This document shows, piece by piece, positions 56,819 through 63,447 of a stretch of DNA of 64,000 nucleotides; the stretch's first letter is position 1, and each line of letters opens with the position of its first letter. The translations under genes were made by a program, and so were the position numbers. Source of the DNA: a virus; the IMG/VR virus record IMGVR_UViG_3300021962_000028, positions 32,001-96,000 of that record; one strand, written 5' to 3'. The notes beneath the pieces are model-generated. The model was not told where the DNA came from. It saw only the letters and a list, made by a program, of their open reading frames with translations, and did no database searches.

Positions 56819-56829
56819 TATTTTTTATT

Positions 56830-57414
56830 TTATTTTAAAAAAGATAATACTTTTTCTTTAATACCAGATTGTTTTAACCCTTCATTACCTCTTGGAGTCA
56901 ATACAAAATTTTCTAAACCCCAATCGTGAACCCATTTAATCGAATACGACATCCCTTCTTTACCCATATCAAGGTCGTCGATAGCTACCCACTCAGTAAC
57001 CTCAGGATGATTCTTTAAGTATTGGTTGATTTCCAATGTACGAGTCTGTTCTAAATCCCAATCTCTATTCCAAGGGAACGAACCATCGTAGTTATTACAT
57101 TCACTTAAGTTAGGTGTAAAGGCGATTGGTTTTTTATTAATTCCTTGGGACTCGTAATACTCTCCCATTTCCTCAACGGTACACCATCTTTTCCAATCTG
57201 ATGATACCACAATTTCCGCACCAGTTTTTTCCAAGATTTCGTTAAGAACTTTAATAGCTTTCTTATTGAAATTATCAAAACGGTATTCTAATGGCATTTC
57301 CTTTGGGGTCATTGATAACTTTTGACCGTCCCATTTATTTCGTTTCTTATAACGACCACCCCACTCTGTGGATAAACAGATTACTCCGTCGTGGTCTAAA
57401 AATATAACTTTCAT
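56830..57414 (-). CDS. HAD phosphatase of the Swiss-Army-Knife RNA-repair type
   Basis: MKVIFLDHDGV, IVVSSDWK, RTLEI, WVAIDDLD. Confidence 0.8.
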   Translation of the reverse strand: MKVIFLDHDGVICLSTEWGGRYKKRNKWDGQKLSMTPKEMPLEYRFDNFNKKAIKVLNEILEKTGAEIVVSSDWKRWCTVEEMGEYYESQGINKKPIAFTPNLSECNNYDGSFPWNRDWDLEQTRTLEINQYLKNHPEVTEWVAIDDLDMGKEGMSYSIKWVHDWGLENFVLTPRGNEGLKQSGIKEKVLSFLK

Positions 57415-57686
57415 TTTTTTTCTATTTTTTTTAAAACCATAGACGACCATTTTTGTCTTGGCCCGTTTTTCATTAACACCTCGTTGATAAAAGTCTCAGC
57501 ATCAGGAAGATTGTTGAATTTTAGAACGGTGTTGTAAGACCCACTCTCATAACATTCTTTATACTTTACGTACGACCACCATTTAAACCATAAAAATTTT
57601 TTAGATTCTTTTATACAGAAATGAACTTGGTTACTAATACCATTCTCATTAAAATAATCTTCTCTAATAATCAGGTAACTTTTCAT
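57411..57686 (-). CDS. Hypothetical protein
   Basis: 91-aa ORF; -7 box 4 nt before the ATG. Confidence 0.65.
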   Translation of the reverse strand: MKSYLIIREDYFNENGISNQVHFCIKESKKFLWFKWWSYVKYKECYESGSYNTVLKFNNLPDAETFINEVLMKNGPRQKWSSMVLKKIEKK

Positions 57687-57701
57687 AGTACAAATATACG
57701 A

Positions 57702-57869
57702 CTATTTTTTAATAATATAACCATATTGGTTTAAAATTAGAATAATCCCTAAAATGGATAAACCAAGACAAATTATTTTAACAATAACGTCAATGAATGT
57801 TTTCTTACTCCATATAACCCCAAAGATTAGGAATATAATTGTCGCAATAATATTGAATATAAGTTGCAT
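57702..57869 (-). CDS. Small membrane protein
   Basis: MQLIFNII...; two TM helices; start reassigned so it does not overlap the tRNA. Confidence 0.6.
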   Translation of the reverse strand: MQLIFNIIATIIFLIFGVIWSKKTFIDVIVKIICLGLSILGIILILNQYGYIIKK

Positions 57870-57890
57870 ATTTGTTTTTTTAGATATTTG

Positions 57891-57964
57891 TGGTCCATAC
57901 AGGACTTGAACCTGTGACCTTCTCATTATGAGTGAGCTGCTCTAACCAACTGAGCTAAAGGACC
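57891..57964 (-). tRNA. tRNA-Ile2(CAT, lysidine-type, reads ATA)
   Basis: CTCATAA loop; GGTCCTTTAGCTCAGTTGGTTAGAGCAG body and TTCAAGT T loop resemble ileX-type tRNAs. Confidence 0.75.
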
Positions 57965-57970
57965 TATTTG

Positions 57971-58043
57971 AGCCTCCTGTAGGATTCGAACCTACGACCC
58001 CTTCATTACAAGTGAAGTGCTCTACCAGCTGAGCTAAGGAGGC
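57971..58043 (-). tRNA. tRNA-Thr(TGT)
   Basis: CTTCA-CTTGTAA-TGAAG. Confidence 0.93.
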
Positions 58044-58328
58044 CTATTTAATTTTCTTATATACGTAAGTTATTGTGTCCCCTATTTTGTAGATATCGTC
58101 CCTATCTGTTGAGAATGCTTGTCCGCACTCTGTTTTGTAGTAATATTTTGGAGTTAATTCATTAATTGCCACAGGTTGTTTAACCCAAGAACTATCTATA
58201 ACGCATTTAACAACTTTGTCCCCTGGTTCAATTTTATTTCTATTTTCACACCCTGTTAATACAAAGGCAATAATACCAATTAATAAAAACCAAATAATGG
58301 CAAATACGTACGGTGCGAACTTTTTCAT
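58044..58328 (-). CDS. Putative lipoprotein
   Basis: Hydrophobic signal with LTGC lipobox; VIDSS motif. Confidence 0.7.
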   Translation of the reverse strand: MKKFAPYVFAIIWFLLIGIIAFVLTGCENRNKIEPGDKVVKCVIDSSWVKQPVAINELTPKYYYKTECGQAFSTDRDDIYKIGDTITYVYKKIK

Positions 58329-58347
58329 ATATTATTTTTTTTGTAAT

Positions 58348-58602
58348 TTAAACAACCAAATACTTTATAGAATTTTTTTTAATCCATTCTGAATCATATT
58401 TAAACTCCTTCCAATTGTCGAAGTCCTTAAGTTCTTCTAATACCTCATTAGGTACTAATGTAAACCCTTCAGGTGCAATACCATCAAATTTATGATATGC
58501 AGAATGTTCTATTTTTTCTTTCATCATTTGACAGAATAACTCACTTTTGATAAACTCATTATGTTCTTCTTCAAATACAATATCTTGATTAATATCAACC
58601 AT
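58348..58602 (-). CDS. Hypothetical protein
   Basis: 84-aa ORF. Confidence 0.65.
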   Translation of the reverse strand: MVDINQDIVFEEEHNEFIKSELFCQMMKEKIEHSAYHKFDGIAPEGFTLVPNEVLEELKDFDNWKEFKYDSEWIKKNSIKYLVV

Positions 58603-58617
58603 AATTTCTTAATTTAG

Positions 58618-58689
58618 TAGCCCCACCAAGAATCGAACTTGGAACTAATCTTTAGAAGAGATTCGTTATATCCATTTAACTATGGAGCC
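58618..58689 (-). tRNA. tRNA-Arg(TCT)
   Basis: AATCT-CTTCTAA-AGATT. Confidence 0.92.
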
Positions 58690-58694
58690 ATTTG

Positions 58695-58871
58695 TTAGAC
58701 TTTTTTAACTAAGTAAACGTGACCTGAGTCTGAGTTTTTAGAAAAAATATCTCTCATTTTAATTGCTTCTTCCTCGGTTTCAAATTCCCATATTTCAGAG
58801 TGACCATCTAATATGATAACAGGAACTTTAACTCCGTTAAGACTTTCCATTAATTTTACAATTACCCACAT
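58695..58871 (-). CDS. Small hypothetical protein (58 aa, MWVIVKLMESL...)
   Basis: Manual translation; TAAATTTG -7 box upstream. Confidence 0.6.
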   Translation of the reverse strand: MWVIVKLMESLNGVKVPVIILDGHSEIWEFETEEEAIKMRDIFSKNSDSGHVYLVKKV

Positions 58872-58914
58872 AATATTTTATTTACACTACAAATTTAGTA
58901 AAAATTATCCGAAT

Positions 58915-59076
58915 TTACAAATTAAAACAACTTTTAAGTGAAAATAATATAAAAAAAATTATTACTAACAGAATTGAGTAACCGAAAACTTTATTATTTC
59001 TTTCAACCTTTTCTTTTGAACGACCTTGCCATTCATCAGAATCCCATACTTCAGAATCCCATTCTTCATTTTCCAT
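58915..59076 (-). CDS. Small membrane protein (53 aa, MENEEWDSEVWDSDEWQGR...)
   Basis: Manual translation; C-terminal TM helix. Confidence 0.55.
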   Translation of the reverse strand: MENEEWDSEVWDSDEWQGRSKEKVERNNKVFGYSILLVIIFFILFSLKSCFNL

Positions 59077-59106
59077 ACTTAATAAGTATTACTAAATTTA
59101 TTTGTG

Positions 59107-59178
59107 CGGTCTATGAGGGAATCGAACCCTCCTCACTACCGTGACAGGGTAGCATCCTAGCCGATGAACGAATAGACC
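59107..59178 (-). tRNA. tRNA-Asp(GTC)
   Basis: CTACC-CTGTCAC-GGTAG. Confidence 0.92.
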
Positions 59179-59186
59179 AATTTTTG

Positions 59187-59259
59187 CGGTCCCGACGGGA
59201 TTCGAACCCGTACCTCGCACCGTGACAGGGTGGAATTGTAACCATTCAACCACGGGACC
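59187..59259 (-). tRNA. tRNA-Asp(GTC), second divergent copy
   Basis: CCACC-CTGTCAC-GGTGC. Confidence 0.9.
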
Positions 59260-59265
59260 TTTTTG

Positions 59266-59338
59266 AGCGGAAGACGGGACTCGAACCCGCAACCCCCGAC
59301 TTGGAAGGACGGTGCTCTACCAATTGAGCTACTTCCGC
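59266..59338 (-). tRNA. tRNA-Gly(TCC)
   Basis: CCGTC-CTTCCAA-GTCGG; U73. Confidence 0.93.
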
Positions 59339-59418
59339 ATTTTTGGGTAGAATCAGACGCGTTCTGTCTACCGAGACCTCGTCGTTAACTTTCGTCAGAG
59401 CGGACCGAGACACTTTTG

Positions 59419-59492
59419 TTGCGGGTGAGGGACTCGAACCCCCGTCTTTGGCTTATGAGACCAAGCTGGAACCACCTCCAGTCTAACCCACG
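59419..59492 (-). tRNA. tRNA-Met(CAT), initiator-like (C1:A72)
   Basis: TTGGT-CTCATAA-GCCAA; C1xA72 mismatch. Confidence 0.8.
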
Positions 59493-59503
59493 ATATATTA
59501 TTT

Positions 59504-59593
59504 GTTATCACTTCAGCCACATCGTGAAAGCCGCCCCTCACGCGTTGTTTAAAGGAATCCGATTGCGGCCTCATCCTACTGAGTTATGATAAC
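59504..59593 (-). ncRNA. Unidentified ~90-nt structured RNA
   Basis: GTTATCA/TGATAAC closing stem with two internal hairpins. Confidence 0.55.
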
Positions 59594-59597
59594 TTTG

Positions 59598-59669
59598 TTG
59601 CGGGAGGAGGATTCGAACCTCCGACCTCAAGGTTATGAGCCTTGCGAGCTACCACTGCTCTATCCCGCG
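59598..59669 (-). tRNA. tRNA-fMet(CAT)
   Basis: CGCGGGA...; C1xA72; CAAGG-CTCATAA-CCTTG. Confidence 0.9.
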
Positions 59670-59675
59670 ATGTTG

Positions 59676-59749
59676 TGGAGATGGTGAGAATCGAACTCAC
59701 CCCAGATTGATTGCAAATCATTCTCGTCGGCCTTGAGACATACACCCCC
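59676..59749 (-). tRNA. tRNA-Ala(TGC), atypical D arm
   Basis: G3:U70 acceptor GGGGGTG/CATCTCC-A; loop TTTGCAA. Confidence 0.8.
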
Positions 59750-59756
59750 ATTTTTA

Positions 59757-60020
59757 TTATGAATACTTTTTAGCGATATTCATAATAGTATCTTCATCTT
59801 CTTTACTCATTCTATGATAAGAATTTGCTAAAACATCACAATAATCCCTATGAGTTTCCTCAATTAGTGTATATTGATTTGGTTTACCAGGACCCTTACT
59901 ATTTTTAGTTAAGTGACCTCTTTCGATTAATTCATCAATTAATTCATTAATTTCACTTTTAGAGCATTCATCAATAAATTCATAAACCTCTAAATCAATG
60001 TAAGTGCTAAATTCAGGCAT
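59757..60020 (-). CDS. Hypothetical protein
   Basis: 87-aa ORF. Confidence 0.65.
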   Translation of the reverse strand: MPEFSTYIDLEVYEFIDECSKSEINELIDELIERGHLTKNSKGPGKPNQYTLIEETHRDYCDVLANSYHRMSKEDEDTIMNIAKKYS

Positions 60021-60040
60021 AATAGTTATTTTTAAGTTTG

Positions 60041-60112
60041 TAGTCCCTACGGGAATCGAACCCGTCTTTTATCCGTGAAAGGGATATGTCCTAACCGATA
60101 GACGAAGGGACC
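60041..60112 (-). tRNA. tRNA-Glu(TTC)
   Basis: TATCC-CTTTCAC-GGATA. Confidence 0.93.
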
Positions 60113-60170
60113 ATTTTTAAATCTTTTACAAAGATACAACCAATATTTCAAAGAACAAAATTTTACAAAT

Positions 60171-60200
60171 AAAAAAACCCATCTCTTTTGGAGATGGGTT
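60171..60200 (-). terminator. Attenuator terminator 1
   Basis: AACCCATCTC-CAAAA-GAGATGGG-T7. Confidence 0.9.
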
Positions 60201-60224
60201 CAGTGAATTCATAGTATAGGAATA

Positions 60225-60299
60225 TCACACCATCTCCATTGGAGTAGTCGCTTCAGTTCTATCTGTCCCGCCTATTAGTATGATATGTATTGTTTTCAT
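60225..60299 (-). CDS. Leader peptide 1, MKTIHIILIGGTDRTEATTPMEMV (not in ORF track)
   Basis: Manual translation; 3' end complementary to the terminator 5' arm; codons match the downstream tRNA set. Confidence 0.8.
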   Translation of the reverse strand: MKTIHIILIGGTDRTEATTPMEMV

Positions 60300-60322
60300 T
60301 TGCAGTTTTACTTGTTTTTTAT

Positions 60323-60353
60323 TAAATATACGTATGTAACGTAAAAAGTCAAA
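60323..60353 (-). promoter_or_regulatory. Promoter for leader 1/tRNA block 1
   Basis: TTTG-N19-TATATTTA (one mismatch to TAnnTTTG). Confidence 0.6.
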
Positions 60354-60361
60354 TTTTATTT

Positions 60362-62152
60362 TTAAAAATTAAATCCTCCCCCTCTTTTTGTGTTAATTCC
60401 ACTTGTTCTACCCGTCTTTTTACCAGATGGGACGGTATATGGTATTACAACATCTCTACTATTCTGTCTTTTTTGGTCAATTAAATCCTTGTCAATTTTT
60501 TTAACAACTTTTTTATCGGACAATAATGATAAAATATTCTTACGAATATCTTCTACCGTACTATTATCTGACTTTTCAATTGATTTAGATGTAGCTTCAT
60601 TATTAGTATTGACTAACTTACTATCGGTATCTACAAACGTATTTTTAGAATAAACTTGTTTTAACGTATCAATAGTACTGTGTTGGGGGGTATCAATTAC
60701 GGGTTTAGTGGCCGTATTATAATAATAATTGATTTTACCGATGTCAGTTTTAGGGTAAATTCTAATAAAGGTAGAAGTCTTTAATTCATCTAATGGTCCA
60801 AAATTTGTTTTTGAATTTGTTAACTCAATATAATGTTTTCGTAATTTAGAACCATAGTTAGTTTCAGGATTAGTCGTTAATCCATTTTCGTGAATTCTTC
60901 GATAAAATAATGTTTCCTCAATTCGTTTAAAGGTCACACCATTTTTTTGGGTTCTAACCATAAAATCCGAATCTGCCGCACATCTCCAACCCTCAAAACC
61001 ATTAAAATGGTGAAAAATATGTTTTCTAATTCCAAAAACCCCTTCACCAAATAAATTAGAATATGTTTTATATTTTGGGTCATCGTAATTAATTTCTTCT
61101 TTAAAGTCGTGATACATAGGTTTAACACATTCATAATCAGTAAGGGTATTAATTATCTTGAAAACCATATCATCCGACATAACATCGTCAGAATCAAAAA
61201 ATATTAAATTTTCTGTTTTAGAAATTTTTGACAATGTATTCTTAATAACATAAGGACCAACATTTTCTTCAAAGTAAAATAACTTAATTCTAAAATCGAA
61301 TATGTTTTCTCGCACAAACTTTAAAGTTTTTTCACATTTATCAATTCCAACTAAGATTTCAAAGTTTTGTAATTGATTACAAGAATTAACTACAGAATCT
61401 AAACATTCTTTTAAAAAGTCCACATTATTAAATGTTGGTATAATAACCGAAACTTCTTTATCCAAATAGGATTCGTTAGTAAGGGTTGTTTGAATAAAAT
61501 CGGAACGTAAATCTTTTTCATAGATAGACCCTTCAAAATTTTGTTGGGTAACGTATCCGCTATTATGTTTTGCACATATAATATCAATGTTATTTTCTTT
61601 AGCATATTTACCAATCCATACATCCGCCATATTTGGTCTATCAAAATATTCTATTGGAACTTTAAATAAATCAGTATGGAAACACATAACACCTGTCCCA
61701 CCAAATTGAACTTTAGTATCTTGAGATAAAAGTTGTTTAAAGTGGTATACTGAAGTATTACGTCCATAAAAACTATTAATAGGAAATGAGTTAAATGTTC
61801 GAGCGTGTAAAGTAATAATCGACTTCCTTTTATATTGATTAACCTTATCAATCATATATTCAGTGTAGTTTTCAGGGTAAATTAAGTCGTCATCTATGGT
61901 GAAAAAATACCCGTCGGAATTCATTAAATTATAAAATTTATAAGCATCCCCTCTATCATTATCCGAAATAAATAAATTTATTTTTTTATCATACAGTTCA
62001 GGTGGAATCTCGGTATAATCATTTAATGCTACATTTATAATGTCAGATTGATTATAAATCGATTCAATAGTTTTAATCAGAGTATCCCCTCTTTTATAAC
62101 TGGCGACATTATATATTACTTTATCCATACTTTTTTTAAAATTATATTGCAA
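60362..62152 (-). CDS. Two-domain GT-A/GT2 glycosyltransferase
   Basis: FTIDDDLIYP; VSVIIPTFN, FFDSDD, AADSDF. Confidence 0.85.
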   Translation of the reverse strand: MQYNFKKSMDKVIYNVASYKRGDTLIKTIESIYNQSDIINVALNDYTEIPPELYDKKINLFISDNDRGDAYKFYNLMNSDGYFFTIDDDLIYPENYTEYMIDKVNQYKRKSIITLHARTFNSFPINSFYGRNTSVYHFKQLLSQDTKVQFGGTGVMCFHTDLFKVPIEYFDRPNMADVWIGKYAKENNIDIICAKHNSGYVTQQNFEGSIYEKDLRSDFIQTTLTNESYLDKEVSVIIPTFNNVDFLKECLDSVVNSCNQLQNFEILVGIDKCEKTLKFVRENIFDFRIKLFYFEENVGPYVIKNTLSKISKTENLIFFDSDDVMSDDMVFKIINTLTDYECVKPMYHDFKEEINYDDPKYKTYSNLFGEGVFGIRKHIFHHFNGFEGWRCAADSDFMVRTQKNGVTFKRIEETLFYRRIHENGLTTNPETNYGSKLRKHYIELTNSKTNFGPLDELKTSTFIRIYPKTDIGKINYYYNTATKPVIDTPQHSTIDTLKQVYSKNTFVDTDSKLVNTNNEATSKSIEKSDNSTVEDIRKNILSLLSDKKVVKKIDKDLIDQKRQNSRDVVIPYTVPSGKKTGRTSGINTKRGGGFNF

Positions 62153-62846
62153 TTAGTTTTTCTTGTTTTCTTAATTCAGGTAAAAACATTGATTCGTGGT
62201 CTCCGTGAGTTGTTAATGAATCAATTACGTGATACATATTCAAACCTTTGGAGAATAGTCTATTACTTATTTGGTCCCCAACTCCGCAACTAAGATTTGG
62301 GTTATTATCCCACCTATTTGGACTTATTGGATTTATATTAAAATCTAATGATTCAAAAAAGTTATACTTACATATGAATACTAATTCACACCACTGAGTT
62401 TTATAATATTCGTTATATTCTATCGGTAAAACTCCCGTCCATTTTGGTTGATTTCTTTGTGATTCTATCATAAGAGTACCCAAAGTCATTTTATTATCAT
62501 CAGGAATACTTTCAAAAATCCTAACACTTTCTTCAAAGAAATTATCTTTTAACCTTAAATCATCTTGTAAATAAACAAAATAATCTGAATTAATATTTTT
62601 ACAATATTTGAATGTGTCAGTAATGACTTTCCAAACATTTTTTAACCCATTATTTTTAATATACTTAATATATTTAACATCATAATCCTCAAGATTATAA
62701 GGTTCTTTACTTCCATCATCAAATACGGTCACCAATATATTATATTGGGTATTTTTGAATATATCATCTAAAAGATTTTTTAACATCTCCTCCCGATTAT
62801 AAGTTGTAATAATCACACAAAAATCGTATTTCTCTTTATCTTTCAT
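62142..62846 (-). CDS. GT2-like glycosyltransferase
   Basis: IITTYNR, FDDGS, YLQDD. Confidence 0.8.
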   Translation of the reverse strand: MKDKEKYDFCVIITTYNREEMLKNLLDDIFKNTQYNILVTVFDDGSKEPYNLEDYDVKYIKYIKNNGLKNVWKVITDTFKYCKNINSDYFVYLQDDLRLKDNFFEESVRIFESIPDDNKMTLGTLMIESQRNQPKWTGVLPIEYNEYYKTQWCELVFICKYNFFESLDFNINPISPNRWDNNPNLSCGVGDQISNRLFSKGLNMYHVIDSLTTHGDHESMFLPELRKQEKLIAI

Positions 62847-63394
62847 TAATGTAATATTGTAAATGTTTTTTTATCTTCACAAATTATAGATGAAGTTATG
62901 TTTTTATTTAGTTTTTCTGATAAAAATATAGACATATTCTTATCATTTTCTCTATTAGTATCATCAATAATTATTGGTATGTCTGTTTTAAACATTTCAT
63001 AATTATTAATAATATTAACTCTGTTTTCCCCTATTGGACCGTCAATAAGTAATAAATTGTAATTGGTGGGTAATTCAGTTTTTAAAATTTCAACGTCGTA
63101 CCATCCATCTACTAAAGGTGCGTAGATATATTTTGAATCAGGTACTAAATCAACCCATTCAATATCGTGTTCAACACTATAAACATTATAAAATTTAACT
63201 AATTCTTTGGTACCATTACCACTACCTAATTCAAGAATAGTACTTCCTTTGGGTATGTTTTTAAAAATCCAATCAAACAGTTCTTTTGATATTGCCCAAC
63301 CGCCAAATGAATCATAATTAACCTCACGTTTTAAGTCAGTGTTAGTAACTACTCTTTTTGTACCTACAACTCTTTTGTTGTTTATTCTATTCAT
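62846..63394 (-). CDS. SAM-dependent methyltransferase-like protein
   Basis: ILELGSGNGT, SVEHD, LIDGP, IDD. Confidence 0.75.
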   Translation of the reverse strand: MNRINNKRVVGTKRVVTNTDLKREVNYDSFGGWAISKELFDWIFKNIPKGSTILELGSGNGTKELVKFYNVYSVEHDIEWVDLVPDSKYIYAPLVDGWYDVEILKTELPTNYNLLLIDGPIGENRVNIINNYEMFKTDIPIIIDDTNRENDKNMSIFLSEKLNKNITSSIICEDKKTFTILH

Positions 63395-63447
63395 TTAATA
63401 ACATTTCTATTTATAATTATAAGTATAATTATTTTTAAATCTATAAT

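Noticed and set aside
54466-59292. ORFs 54466-54768, 54630-54815, 56456-56929 and 59098-59292
   Set aside because: They overlap tRNAs, tRNA-like RNAs or the attenuator and are best explained as chance frames.
59345-59413. Hammerhead ribozyme suggested by CTGACGA
   Set aside because: No stem II followed by GAAA and no NUH site in the required arrangement; the GAAA is a tetraloop.
1033-62293. Many antisense or out-of-frame ORFs in the track (e.g. 1033-1410, 4722-5054, 27122-27655, 37434-37988, 38019-38396, 45750-45953, 52656-53048, 60390-60653)
   Set aside because: They shadow well-supported genes on the other strand or frame, have low-complexity translations and often lack ATG starts.
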